From the NCBI GenBank assembly GCA_021792255.1, contig JAJYUZ010000006.1, positions 1-50,017 on the forward strand: DNA of 50,017 bases. Reading direction: 5' to 3'. Below the pieces are notes generated by a model. That model saw only the letters and a list, made by a program, of their open reading frames with translations. It had not been told where the DNA came from and did no database searches. The stretch is from Thermoplasmata archaeon (lineage in GTDB: Archaea; Thermoplasmatota; Thermoplasmata; Thermoplasmatales; GCA-001856825). This document shows positions 1-10,024 of the stretch, one piece after another (the first letter of the stretch is position 1; each line of letters begins with the position of its first letter). Both the position numbers and the translations under genes were made by a program.

Positions 1-10
1 ATGCGCAAGA

Positions 11-18
11 AGTTAAAT
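11..18 (+). promoter_or_regulatory. Probable archaeal TATA box of the tRNA gene
   Basis: AGTTAAAT about 25-30 nt upstream of the tRNA 5' end, preceded by a purine-rich BRE-like stretch. Confidence 0.5.
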
Positions 19-41
19 TCAGAAGAAACATTTGCCCCAAT

Positions 42-126
42 GCGGGGGTTGCCGAGCCAGGTTAAAGGTACCAGACTTAAGATCTGGTTCCGTAGGGATT
101 CGGGGGTTCAAATCCCCTCCCCCGCA
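42..126 (+). tRNA. tRNA-Leu(TAA), integration target
   Basis: Acceptor stem GCGGGGG/CCCCCGC-A, anticodon arm CCAGA-CTTAAGA-TCTGG (anticodon TAA), long variable arm, T-loop GGTTCAAATCC; CCA not encoded. Confidence 0.95.
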
Positions 127-127
127 T
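115..127 (+). repeat. attL core CCCTCCCCCGCAT
   Basis: Identical to 49891-49903; overlaps the tRNA 3' end. Confidence 0.85.
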
Positions 128-320
128 CTACATTTGTAATCAAATCAGTCAATTCAAGCATCTAATTTAGAAATAAGAACAACTTCATTTGACTGAAGAC
201 ATTCCTTCATTATTCAATGTAAATATTGGAAATTGGAATGTTAAATTAACAATGCACCTTGTTTGCAAATTCAATGGTATTTCCCTGTCAGCAGGAGATT
301 TGCTGTCTAGGGTAATGCGT

Positions 321-1472
321 TTATTGGTTCATAAAGGCAAACATTGGCACGTCGAAATATTTCAGTAGAAACCCCTCTGGAATTATTACATTTGAAATAT
401 CTATATTCATAATAGCTGAGGCAAGAATATATCTTGCTAAATCATAGACAATTAATTTGCCTCTTTCCTTGCCTTCAGATTTTATGACTACTTCAGCGTG
501 ATCGAATGAGTTGTCCAATCCACCACGAGCAGCAAAGTCATCTAGAACCCGCTTCGCGGAGTCCGGAAAAGAAAGCAAAATTTGAACAAGGTACTCAGAA
601 TATTTGGCTTTTTCTTTGATTTTGCTCTCAATGCCACCGTAAAGACTGAAAGGTATCAAGAAAGGAAAAAACAGACCTGCCAATCTTTGGTCAAGCCTCT
701 GTATGGATTCCTTCAGTTTTCCTGGTTCTTCTTCATCGCTATCTCCTTGCCTACTTTTCTCGTTGAAAAGATTAACCAAGTTGTTAAAAACATTGTGCGT
801 TTCCCACAATTCCATATACCTTTGGACCGTCAACGAATACGGATTCAATTCAAGCTTTTCAATCATGGATTCCACATATTTCAGTTGACTACGAAGCAGT
901 TCTTCTTTAGCGGAGGAAAATTCAGGGCCTTCAATTGACCCATTCTGCCCATTCTCCGCGACATATTTCCGAGAAGAAGCTGCCTTTTGCCCAGCTAAGA
1001 TCAGGTCATCATCCGCCCTGGCAGCCTTATCCTGAACTTCCTTTGGAACTGCTGTATCGACGCCTTCCTGCCAAATAAATTTTGAAGGCGTAGACCCCAA
1101 CTTTTCTTGGAGTGACGTCGATAGTTCTTGACAGCCTCTGTAATAGGCGTCAGTCCGCATATACTCTTTCAATTTCTTTGTGAGTTCCGTTTTTGCATAC
1201 TTCGTTAGATCGAATATCTTGGAAGAGATTAACGCAAATTTTAGGGAGTCTTCTACTGGAAGCTCATAAAAGACCTTCTTAGTATTGGGAACACCACGGA
1301 GGTGTCCACTACGTATGCCTTTTATCAACCCCTCTTTTTCTAGGGATTGAAGTATTGCATGAACCGGTCTCTTGTGCATGTTCACTTCCTTTGCGATCTC
1401 AGACCACGTGTTTATCCCCATTGCTATTGACATCAGGATTAGCGCTTCGTTTCGTGCTCTATCCTTCCTCAT
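321..1472 (-). CDS. N-terminal winged-HTH protein (putative regulator)
   Basis: N-terminus 'TWSEIAKEVNMHKRPVHAILQSLEKEGLI' is a wHTH pattern; transcribed divergently from the 1664-5222 operon. Confidence 0.65.
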   Translation of the reverse strand: MRKDRARNEALILMSIAMGINTWSEIAKEVNMHKRPVHAILQSLEKEGLIKGIRSGHLRGVPNTKKVFYELPVEDSLKFALISSKIFDLTKYAKTELTKKLKEYMRTDAYYRGCQELSTSLQEKLGSTPSKFIWQEGVDTAVPKEVQDKAARADDDLILAGQKAASSRKYVAENGQNGSIEGPEFSSAKEELLRSQLKYVESMIEKLELNPYSLTVQRYMELWETHNVFNNLVNLFNEKSRQGDSDEEEPGKLKESIQRLDQRLAGLFFPFLIPFSLYGGIESKIKEKAKYSEYLVQILLSFPDSAKRVLDDFAARGGLDNSFDHAEVVIKSEGKERGKLIVYDLARYILASAIMNIDISNVIIPEGFLLKYFDVPMFAFMNQ

Positions 1473-1663
1473 TTACATGCGCCGTGGATTGATATTTGTT
1501 TAAACTACTTGAATCTTATTAAAAAATAATTATTAACTGATGCTAATTAATATAAAATAAAGCTTTAGAGAACATATTAAAGGCTAATATTCATTATACG
1601 CCCCGTCGATAATGATGCTGAAACAAAATGTAATAATATCTGATTGCGGAATGAGCACTGATT

Positions 1664-1828
1664 ATGAACATTAGAATTAGCTTTAGGTTCATGAAACAAC
1701 ACTCGAATGAATTCACGGAACCCGTTGCAACCTTGATCCAACAAGAGCCTGACGAAATGGATTTAGAGACATTTCTAGCAGATATAGCAATACTTGAAAA
1801 ACTTCTGAAAATAAAAAAGGAGAAGTGA
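1664..1828 (+). CDS. Small hypothetical protein (54 aa), not in ORF track
   Basis: ATG..TGA read manually (MNIRISFRF...LLKIKKEK); tightly packed with the next ORF. Confidence 0.5.
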   Translation: MNIRISFRFMKQHSNEFTEPVATLIQQEPDEMDLETFLADIAILEKLLKIKKEK

Positions 1829-1832
1829 TGAT

Positions 1833-1973
1833 ATGCACGAGAAATTTCCCGATACGTACAAATTCTCCAAATTTGGTGCTCCACTTTTGAATAAACTATT
1901 GAGAGAATGGAACAAGGGTCACGGCTATGAACCCAAGAACCTTGCTGAGTTAATTCAGGGGGTGCTAGAGTAA
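1833..1973 (+). CDS. Small hypothetical protein (46 aa), not in ORF track
   Basis: MHEKFPDTYKFSKFGAPLLNKLLREWNKGHGYEPKNLAELIQGVLE; RBS-like GGAGAAGTGA upstream; stop abuts the next start. Confidence 0.55.
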   Translation: MHEKFPDTYKFSKFGAPLLNKLLREWNKGHGYEPKNLAELIQGVLE

Positions 1974-2411
1974 TTGCGAAAAACTCTTATTTGCATGCTT
2001 ATAGCGAGCAGTGTTGGAGCATTCATTACTGCAGGCGTTGACTTCATTTCATCAATGAGTTTCTTTTTCACTAAAACACCGCCAATCGTGCAGTTTTTCA
2101 ATCATACATTGTTCATCTTCAAGGTCGAAAGTATCAGCTGGTTGCCCAAAATTCTTGGGATAGGTAAAAGCGGCCAGCAATCACTCGTGATCGTATCCTT
2201 TGGCCAAATGTTTACGCTGATTTTCCTCATCATGTTTCTCATTTCTGTGATCTGGAGCATTAGGAATGCCGGTAAGCTCAGTTACCAAGAAACTTTGCGG
2301 GTCAGAAATAAAGCTAGAAATAAAGAAAATTCACAAGACGCGTCGAACACACGTACTATTTCAAATGTTAGGAAACAACCCATAGATTCAACTGAAAGGA
2401 GGTCGAGATGA
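1974..2411 (+). CDS. Hypothetical membrane protein
   Basis: Two hydrophobic segments and a basic tail; operonic packing. Confidence 0.65.
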   Translation: MRKTLICMLIASSVGAFITAGVDFISSMSFFFTKTPPIVQFFNHTLFIFKVESISWLPKILGIGKSGQQSLVIVSFGQMFTLIFLIMFLISVIWSIRNAGKLSYQETLRVRNKARNKENSQDASNTRTISNVRKQPIDSTERRSR

Positions 2412-2412
2412 T

Positions 2413-2979
2413 ATGATTTACACGATGGCAGTGGCCAATCTCGACGGCCATTATATCGAAGATATAAAAATTGAAGATAGCGACCCATCCCTGCTATGGA
2501 AAGGTGCAAGTATTAGAGACGAGAAGTTCTTTACGGGAAGGGATAAGAGTACCGGAGAAATCGTTAGATTTCCCCCTGGGAAAGTAACCACAAAACAGTG
2601 GGAAGATGGAACTATTAATGTGGGCGATACCGTAAGGGTCGCGTTTAAGGTCTCCAGTAAAGGCTACCCGTATGCCTATTTCGTGCTTATCAAATCGAAA
2701 AAACAAATCGAAGAAGAGAGCCGGGAGTCAGAAAGAATTCGCAAACTAGAGGAAGAAGAGAGAAGACGGAAAAAAGAAGAAGCAGAAAGAAAGCTCAGAG
2801 ATCAAAGAGAAGGAAAGCAAAAATATCCTAACTTGAATAGGAGAATGCAAGACATTACAAGAAAGCTCCGAGAGTCGCATCCGGACGTTATTGGTAGCAG
2901 CCCTGAACATGAGAAAAAGTATCGAGAACTTATAGATGAATATAAGAAAATTAAGGCTAGGTTAAGAGAGGTGATGTGA
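2413..2979 (+). CDS. Hypothetical protein with coiled coil and C-terminal J-domain-like (HPD) segment
   Basis: 'ITRKLRESHPDVIGSSPEHEKKYRELIDEYKKI' mirrors DnaJ helix II-HPD-helix III. Confidence 0.65.
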   Translation: MIYTMAVANLDGHYIEDIKIEDSDPSLLWKGASIRDEKFFTGRDKSTGEIVRFPPGKVTTKQWEDGTINVGDTVRVAFKVSSKGYPYAYFVLIKSKKQIEEESRESERIRKLEEEERRRKKEEAERKLRDQREGKQKYPNLNRRMQDITRKLRESHPDVIGSSPEHEKKYRELIDEYKKIKARLREVM

Positions 2980-3294
2980 ATGAGTGATGAATTTGGAATA
3001 GTGCCATATGAGAAGCGGGTAAACGCAATGAAGGATGTGGAAAGAGAGATAGAAACGAAGCTGAAGCATTATCCGGAACAGATCGTAAGACAAATCGGAA
3101 ATGAGTTCGTAGAATTGGTGGAAAGGAGCAGATTCCTAGACGTAGAAGGAGGAATGACGGTGCGAGAGTTCCTGGACTACGTACTGAAGAAGTATGGGCC
3201 GGAACTGGGATACGCATGGATCCTCTATGAGATGAAATCCTGGTATGAATTCCAGTCATTCTTCAAACCCGACAAGAAAGAGGGAGAGGTGTGA
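2980..3294 (+). CDS. Hypothetical protein
   Basis: RBS GAGGTGA upstream; overlaps the next gene (GTGA). Confidence 0.7.
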   Translation: MSDEFGIVPYEKRVNAMKDVEREIETKLKHYPEQIVRQIGNEFVELVERSRFLDVEGGMTVREFLDYVLKKYGPELGYAWILYEMKSWYEFQSFFKPDKKEGEV

Positions 3295-5222
3295 CGGAAT
3301 ATCAACTTCTGAAGCATGAAATGCTGAACGTGACGTTACTGTCCATAGTTGGTTTGGTTGCAGGAACCATTCTGGGACTCGGTGTTGGGTCCGCTTTAGG
3401 CGAGTCGTCATTCAGTGAAGTGATGAAGTATGCAACATTTCTTGCCTTCTGGATCGGTATAACCCTTGCCACTGCTGCACACGAGATAAACAGGTCAAGA
3501 GGATACAAACTTAAGGATGACCTGGCAGTGGTCGGTGTAGTGAGAAAGGTGTATCAGCCCATCAGGACCAGTCGTGGAGAACACGTTCGTTACGAAATAG
3601 CAAGAGAACAGGTATATCCCTTTTCAGCTCACTTGGCCTCCTATATGGAAGGGAAGGAGCACAACTTCAACATTGCCATTGCTGGACAGTCAGGAAGCGG
3701 GAAGAGTATTCTAACATACTGGCTAATCCGTAAGATGCCCTTCAAGCACATCATCTTCAGTTACAAGAATTCAGATATGTACGTACAGCTGGGTTTTCCC
3801 GTATTATATATCAGAAATTTTAGCCCCAACGTATTTCTTGACAAGGAAAGCTTCGTGCAGGCATGGGTTACAGCATTTGTCCCAAGTTCTCAAGGGATAA
3901 CAGCGTCTGCCATAGAACCTCTTGTTAGAAGCATCGTCTCAAAGTGCAGCAACTGGCAGGAGTTCTCAGATGAGGTGGAGAGGAGACTCAGGAGGGCGGG
4001 AGACAACTATGTTACGAGTGGAGCACTCGCCGACATACAGAGCAAATTGGAGAGCGTATACAATGAGAAGATGTATTCCCTGGATTTGCCTGACGAAATC
4101 ACAATAGATTTCTCTGGCCTGAACGAGAACGCATTCACCTTCAATGCGGAGTATCTGCTGAGAAGCATTTACCGGCAGATAAAGGATGGCTCCAGGACCG
4201 GGACGATGATCTTTTGTGACGAAGCTGAACGGTTCCTCAGAGCAAAGAACACAATCTTACGGGAGATGAGTAGCATGATAAGGTCCAGAGGGGCTTTCCT
4301 TCTTTCAACTCAAAGACTTTCTGATCTGCAGGGGATAGTGGGCAATGCGGCTTCACAGTTCGTGTTCAGGCAGACGGAATCGGAGGACCTGCAGAGGATA
4401 AGGTCGTTATCTGAGGAGTTCAGGTGGACAGTCCAGAGATTGCATGCATATGAGTTCGTTGATCTTGCACAACACGAGAGTCATCTGGGAATCTACATCT
4501 TCAAACTGATTGCTCCCAATCTCGAATTTTCAGAAATCAGAGAATGGAAGCCTGACAGATATTCTGACAATACGAATGATGTGTTTTCCAGGAAAACTCA
4601 GGCGGGACCCGACAGCACTATCCTTGAACTCGAGAAGGAAGTATTTGAACAACTCGCACAACCAAGAAATGCCCAGGAGATCGCCAAAAGAATAGCAGAA
4701 AAAACAGGGGAGGATGTCAACACAGTGAGATTCCGGATAACTGCCACGAACGGGGCCATCGATAGACTGATGAGACAGGGGAAGATATCTTCCCTTAAGC
4801 TGGATTTCGTGAAATTCGTAAACAACAGAACGTACTTCGCCGACACAGAAGCGACATACTACTTCAGAACAGGCACATATGATTTCCATGATTTCGTCGT
4901 CTCGATGGTTGCTTCCATTCTCACACATAGAGGAATAGATTGCAGGGTGATGCACCATGGGGAAAGCGTCCCAGATATCATTGCAGGGAAGATGGCAATA
5001 GAGGTAGAAACGACAGACAAAAGGGGAGAAAATTTTGAAAAAGTGAGAAGGAGAATAGAACGGGAGAAGCAGGATGGTTATACCGTCATGGTGATAGTTT
5101 CTAGCCAAGACCTCAAAAGTAAATATCAGGGAATAGACGGAGTTTCTATCTTTACTCCGAGAGAGTTATGGCAGACAGACTTATCAGATAAGAAGGACAG
5201 TTCAACAGATCGGGAAGGTTAA
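3291..5222 (+). CDS. Membrane-anchored VirD4/HerA/FtsK-superfamily ATPase with C-terminal wHTH and PD-(D/E)XK-like domain
   Basis: Two N-terminal TM helices; Walker A GQSGSGKS; Walker B IFCDEAE; 'LLSTQRLSDL' motif; C-terminal 'VPDIIAGKMAIEVET'. Confidence 0.75.
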   Translation: MTEYQLLKHEMLNVTLLSIVGLVAGTILGLGVGSALGESSFSEVMKYATFLAFWIGITLATAAHEINRSRGYKLKDDLAVVGVVRKVYQPIRTSRGEHVRYEIAREQVYPFSAHLASYMEGKEHNFNIAIAGQSGSGKSILTYWLIRKMPFKHIIFSYKNSDMYVQLGFPVLYIRNFSPNVFLDKESFVQAWVTAFVPSSQGITASAIEPLVRSIVSKCSNWQEFSDEVERRLRRAGDNYVTSGALADIQSKLESVYNEKMYSLDLPDEITIDFSGLNENAFTFNAEYLLRSIYRQIKDGSRTGTMIFCDEAERFLRAKNTILREMSSMIRSRGAFLLSTQRLSDLQGIVGNAASQFVFRQTESEDLQRIRSLSEEFRWTVQRLHAYEFVDLAQHESHLGIYIFKLIAPNLEFSEIREWKPDRYSDNTNDVFSRKTQAGPDSTILELEKEVFEQLAQPRNAQEIAKRIAEKTGEDVNTVRFRITATNGAIDRLMRQGKISSLKLDFVKFVNNRTYFADTEATYYFRTGTYDFHDFVVSMVASILTHRGIDCRVMHHGESVPDIIAGKMAIEVETTDKRGENFEKVRRRIEREKQDGYTVMVIVSSQDLKSKYQGIDGVSIFTPRELWQTDLSDKKDSSTDREG

Positions 5223-5871
5223 AACGTCTTCTTTCTGGTTTAAGATTGGTCACTGCCGGGGATCTGTATGCACTCTTTGATTTTTTTATTGTCTCTATTT
5301 TATAGTAAATTGACCTTTCCAAGAGACCTACTCCGTGTTACTAGTATAGTGGTTAGAAACAATGGGAGAAACCGAGGCAGACAAGCATGTTAATGGTTCA
5401 TGTGTTGACAGATTTATATTGTTAGGTCTGCTCTTCTGTAGTCTAATTGCTTTCCCCCCCGGCTCTCGTTATGGAGCTCACCCTTTGCACTTCCTTTCCC
5501 TAAAGGTTCTAACCAGCCTCCGGATTGCACCAAACGGGAGAGGGGGGACAGACGCAACTATGGGGAAAGCTACCAAAGGACCCAAACTTACCATCTAATC
5601 CATAGACAGGAATCTCAGGATAACAAGGAAGAGGTCAAGGGGAGAGAGACCATATTCCGTCATGAAGAGAACTTTCCATGGAGAGCACACTTTCGTCACA
5701 ACTGTTCCGAGGGTGAGGGTCAAGGCAATGTGCAAGAAATTGAGGTAAATACAGTGCAATAACAGTATTTCTTGTAACCTCAATCAGACTGAGATGCATC
5801 TTGTAGAAAATTTATTTGGTTGAAACTCAGAAAAGCCATAAAGAACATAAAAAATCCAGCCACCCAGATGA

Positions 5872-6588
5872 TCAAATGTCAATCTCTCGAAATGGGAATA
5901 TAATCCTTGGGTTTTTCTTCCCTTGTTCCCAAACCTGCTGTAGTGATTCTGAAGTGAAATGAACGGGAACAACCTTTTTGCAATTACTTTCTTCTGCCAC
6001 TTTCATCACAGAGGAATATGTGGAATGCTTCCAGAAATTTGCCAATTCCCTATTACTGTCTGCATAGGTCATCTCGTGTATGAGATATTCTACTCCTGAT
6101 GCTGCTCTGACTACGCTTTCAGAATAAGACGTGTCCCCGCTATAGACTAATGAGCCGTCCCGATGATCAATCAAATAAACGTTATCAGTGATTATGTGAT
6201 CTCCATTAGAGGAACTTATGAAATCGAGTCTATTCCCTTCCACGAAATTCACGTTTACTGCGGATATGTAGGTAGACGGTGTGTTCAATAGGTCAAGCAT
6301 TTTTTCAGTAGCTTCCTTTATTCCCTTCGGACCCATGATCGTCATCTCATTTTTCACCTTTTCCTCCGCCCTGTACCACAGCAGTTCTGGGAGGCCTGAG
6401 AAGTGGTCAAGATGCATATGAGATATAAGGACAATCTCTATTTTCCTTGGGTCTATGTGGTTCTCAAATAATGAGTCCATCGTGTGAGGTCCGAATTCGA
6501 TCACAATTTTGTCATCTATGGAGATCGAAACATTCCTTTGAAATTGGATCAGATGAGATGACCAGATGCCAAGGAATTTTATTTTCAT
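5872..6588 (-). CDS. Metallo-beta-lactamase-fold hydrolase (RNase Z-like)
   Basis: SHMHLDH, YSGDT, HEMT and VHF motifs; likely start MKIKFLG at 6588. Confidence 0.85.
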   Translation of the reverse strand: MKIKFLGIWSSHLIQFQRNVSISIDDKIVIEFGPHTMDSLFENHIDPRKIEIVLISHMHLDHFSGLPELLWYRAEEKVKNEMTIMGPKGIKEATEKMLDLLNTPSTYISAVNVNFVEGNRLDFISSSNGDHIITDNVYLIDHRDGSLVYSGDTSYSESVVRAASGVEYLIHEMTYADSNRELANFWKHSTYSSVMKVAEESNCKKVVPVHFTSESLQQVWEQGKKNPRIIFPFREIDI

Positions 6589-6598
6589 TTCCTCATCC

Positions 6599-7972
6599 TT
6601 ATCTTTCTGTGAGCTCCTCGAGGCTCTTGTTTTTAGTTTCGGGTGCAAGAAATATTGTCAGCATCATCCCGATGAGCCCAGCTATTGCGAAGAACAAAAG
6701 GCCGTAACCCAATCCATAAAGCGTAACAATAGTCGGAAAAGTGGTGAGGCCCAGTATCGCTCCTATCCTGCTGATTGATGTTCCCCATCCCTGTCCAGTG
6801 GCACGTATAGACGTTGGGAAGAGTTCCTGACCGTATACGAAGTCCGTGCTTCCCATGCCCCATGACTGAGTGAGTTCGAACAGTATGTACATCGACGCTA
6901 TCAAGACACCAGTGATACCAACTGCAAATGCATCCTTGGGCGTCCTTGCTGCGATAAATGCTAATATAAGCAGCGATATGAACATGCCTGAGAAACCTAG
7001 AACTGTAACGGGCTTTCTGCCCCACCTGTCGACTGTTAAAATGCACATAACTGACCCGATTATAGCGATTGACGAAAAGACTGCAGATCCCAGGATTGAA
7101 AGGCTGTGGGTCAAACCTAGCAGCGCAAGTATTGTTGGCGTAAATATGCCTATTCCGTAGAATGCAACGTCGTAGAAGAACCATGCTGTGCCGAAATATA
7201 CAGTGTTCTTGATGTACCTTTTACTGAATAATGTCAGAAACGAAACCTTCTGCTTAGAAGACCCAAGGTCATCTGACTTTCCAACCACCTGCTTCTCTAT
7301 TTCTTTGGCTTTTGATGCATTCCCTTGATTTGCAAGCCACCTTGCTGATTCAGGTACCTTTCTCCTCAACACAAGCACGACAACTGCCGGGATTATGCCT
7401 ATAGCAAACATCCATCGCCACGAATTCACCCCAAATGGGAGAAGCAAATAACCGACGGTGTATGCAAAAGCAGCGCCGACCCACCAAGACAGTCCATCGC
7501 TTGCAAGGAACTTGCCTCTAGATTTCTTCGGAGAAAATTCAGAAATTATCGTTGCGCCTATTGCATAGTCAGCACCTATCGCAAGACCCAGAATCAACCT
7601 AAAAATGAAGAGGGACCAAAAGTTGAAAGATACTGTTATCAGTGCCGTGAATATGATGAATATTACCATATCCCACATGTACATGAACTTCCTACCTCTC
7701 AGGTCAGTCACATAACCTATGGAAAGCGCACCGAATAGCATCCCTATGATTGTGGAAGCTGCCATCAAACCCTTTCCCAGCGGAGTCGATGCATAACTGA
7801 ATGCTGAAATCGCCGTTATGATTGTGAGTGCAACACCGATTATTGAAATATCATATCCATCTAGAAAAGTTCCCGCAACAGAAAGAGCTGTTATTCGAAA
7901 GTGTGTCCTGTTTGGTGGAGCATCATCCAGAGTGCCAAAAACAGAGCTTCCTTTCATCTCACTACTGCTCAT
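6599..7972 (-). CDS. MFS transporter, sugar-porter family
   Basis: About 12 TM; DGYD, TDLRGRK, PESARWL, VDRWGRK, ELFPTSIR and PETKNKSLEEL motifs. Confidence 0.92.
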   Translation of the reverse strand: MSSSEMKGSSVFGTLDDAPPNRTHFRITALSVAGTFLDGYDISIIGVALTIITAISAFSYASTPLGKGLMAASTIIGMLFGALSIGYVTDLRGRKFMYMWDMVIFIIFTALITVSFNFWSLFIFRLILGLAIGADYAIGATIISEFSPKKSRGKFLASDGLSWWVGAAFAYTVGYLLLPFGVNSWRWMFAIGIIPAVVVLVLRRKVPESARWLANQGNASKAKEIEKQVVGKSDDLGSSKQKVSFLTLFSKRYIKNTVYFGTAWFFYDVAFYGIGIFTPTILALLGLTHSLSILGSAVFSSIAIIGSVMCILTVDRWGRKPVTVLGFSGMFISLLILAFIAARTPKDAFAVGITGVLIASMYILFELTQSWGMGSTDFVYGQELFPTSIRATGQGWGTSISRIGAILGLTTFPTIVTLYGLGYGLLFFAIAGLIGMMLTIFLAPETKNKSLEELTER

Positions 7973-8184
7973 AATTGCGCCATCATCAGGGGAACATAGT
8001 CTTGATGCATATATTGTCTATACATGTTATGACAAACATTCCGCTACGTATCCATGCATAGAATAATGGCAATGCGCTGATATAATCTCTTCCACTCTTA
8101 ATTCGGGTAATTGAAATGTATGAGGAATATTATTATGAATTGAACAAAAAGAAGGGAACGCACAGTGGAATCAAAGATACAGAA

Positions 8185-8202
8185 TGACATGGACCCCTCA
8201 AA
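8185..8202 (+). repeat. Solo 18-bp IS3-type terminal repeat TGACATGGACCCCTCAAA
   Basis: Exact reverse complement of 24364-24381, the right end of the IS3 remnant. Confidence 0.75.
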
Positions 8203-8640
8203 CCTATCTTCGCCCTTTTGTACTACTACAATCCAATCTTGAGCTTTTCTATCAACTCTCCCTGCTCCTTGGTGTATTCCACATGTGCATGCGATCCATT
8301 CGCGTAAACAACTTCCCTGATGCCTGATATGGTCTTCAGCGCCTGATTGTATGTGATGGTGCACTTGGCTGCCATGATTGCTATCATCGTATACCCAAGT
8401 ATTGTGAGGAACAATCTCGCTCTGGTACTGTATGTAGTTGCGAGAGTTCTCAATGTCCCTTGATCTGTGGATCAGTTCATTCATGGACGGAGAGCGAAGA
8501 AGGGAGAGCCCCAATGACACTGTAGCCCTTCAGGTCATTGAGATTATCTGCGCTGTAGAACCCTCGGTCGATGACTATGAGTATCGTGAGTATGCCATAG
8601 TCCTTCAGTTCGCCGGAGAATGTATGAATGGTGGATACTG
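8203..8640 (-). pseudogene. IS1634/IS4-like transposase remnant with internal deletion
   Basis: Minus strand reads 'LIVIDRGFYSADN' (DDE motif), then jumps to the C-terminal 'RARLFLTILGYTMIA...EQGELIEKLKI'; end motif CCTATCTTCGCCCTTTTG resembles the IS end at ~32995. Confidence 0.7.
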
Positions 8641-9337
8641 ATGTATGGAACCCTCAATTATAGCCTAGTGTGCTGGGTACCACATGTTTCAAGAATCCTT
8701 AGGGAATGCTATCGCTGATTTTTCGAAGTGCACAAACATCCCTTGAAAATTCGACCGATGGTTTAAATACCACTACCAGATGGATAATAGGTCGTCGCCT
8801 GGCGGCGGGGAAAAGCATCTGGATCGTGTTAACAAACCTCAGGGCACATGTAGAGCCCGGGTTTGAGAGAACAGGGGACGGGGGGTGGCGATGGCCGGAT
8901 TCCCCCGTTTCTTCATTCCATTTTCTGAACTATGATTCTGTGGGCAGTTGTGGAAATAGGGAGTACAAGAAAAAAGATAGGAGTGATCACCTTGACGGAG
9001 ACAGGCAATTCGCTCTGGAAAGGGTCAGGGAGACCCAAACCCTGAAGAAGATGCGATGTCTCTTATTGATCGGAGCATTCCGGGGAGAGAATAAGTTTTC
9101 TTGCCAAATTCCTCAGGAAGGTGCCCCTGGACAGATTCACCTTGTAGTCTCTGGGTTCAAAGCCCAGCATGCTTGGCCTCTGCACTACAGGAGTAATGGC
9201 ACCGGAATGGTTCGAACATCCGTCTACGCCCTCAGAGAGCGTTGTTCTTCACCCCTACACTACGGTGCTGTCTCTTGATTCGGTCCAGAGATTCAATAGT
9301 CTGGGGTTGACAAGAAGTACTATATTCCAAGAGCGAG

Positions 9338-9694
9338 ATGATATGTATGATGGACGATAATGGATTGAAAACAATCAGTAGGGAGGCAAGGGATGAATAC
9401 ATAAGACTGGCACTGGCCGTTACAAAGACCGCCAGGGAACTGAAGAAACCACTGTCTGAATTGGACGTTGATGTACTGGGCGTTCATCTGGAAGAGATGA
9501 AGGAGGCTGCTGCATTCATTGACAGTCTTCCAAGGAAGACCATAGCTGATGTTGTTGAAGAGGAAAGATCACCTGAGGGTGAGATGACCCGGGAAGAGTT
9601 GAACGGGATGGTCGTGACTGTAGTACAGAACGTGGTGGTCCAGGTGGGGTTCCTGATCCACAACCTGCTCATAGGTGATCTTGAAGACATTTAA
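9338..9694 (+). CDS. Hypothetical protein
   Basis: Protein-like helical, acidic composition; no recognised motif. Confidence 0.55.
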   Translation: MICMMDDNGLKTISREARDEYIRLALAVTKTARELKKPLSELDVDVLGVHLEEMKEAAAFIDSLPRKTIADVVEEERSPEGEMTREELNGMVVTVVQNVVVQVGFLIHNLLIGDLEDI

Positions 9695-9751
9695 AATCTC
9701 GGACTGAGGCTTGAGTAGAGATTACGGTGGAAGGATGGGAGAGCATGGAGG

Positions 9752-9922
9752 TTGAAGGGGAGTGAGCAACAGGGGCTTCCCTCCGGCCAGACCTCTTGTA
9801 TAGTCACCGTTGGATGGTCCACTGGCGAAGTCACTTCGCTTGGCGCTGGCGATTGCTGCAGAGCCAGCAATGTCTGGTGGACATCCGACGTTCGGGAGGG
9901 AGGCACAGTCGCCCCCTTCCAA
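9752..9922 (+). ncRNA. Candidate structured RNA/ssDNA element (branched stem-loop)
   Basis: Nested pairings 9754-9760/9913-9919, 9775-9784/9895-9904, 9808-9825/9874-9890, plus inner hairpins 9825-9839 and 9845-9868. Confidence 0.4.
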
Positions 9923-10024
9923 TTTCAGGGCAAACAGAAGAGTGCTGAAGGAGTTGATGCTGGTCGTATATTGCTTCTACGGTATTCGTCTCCCGAATGA
10001 GTGAAGGGTGCCAGTGGCGGTGTC

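Noticed and set aside
1594-1884. 96-aa minus-strand ORF
   Set aside because: Two + strand small ORFs with RBS and operonic packing explain this region better.
5332-5358. tRNA D-arm-like sequence TAGTATAGTGGTTAGAA
   Set aside because: No anticodon arm, T-arm or acceptor pairing follows; probably coincidental.
8706-9300. 190-aa ORF and overlapping fragments, possibly a decayed enzyme gene
   Set aside because: No motif could be assigned confidently; the frames look broken, so no call was made.
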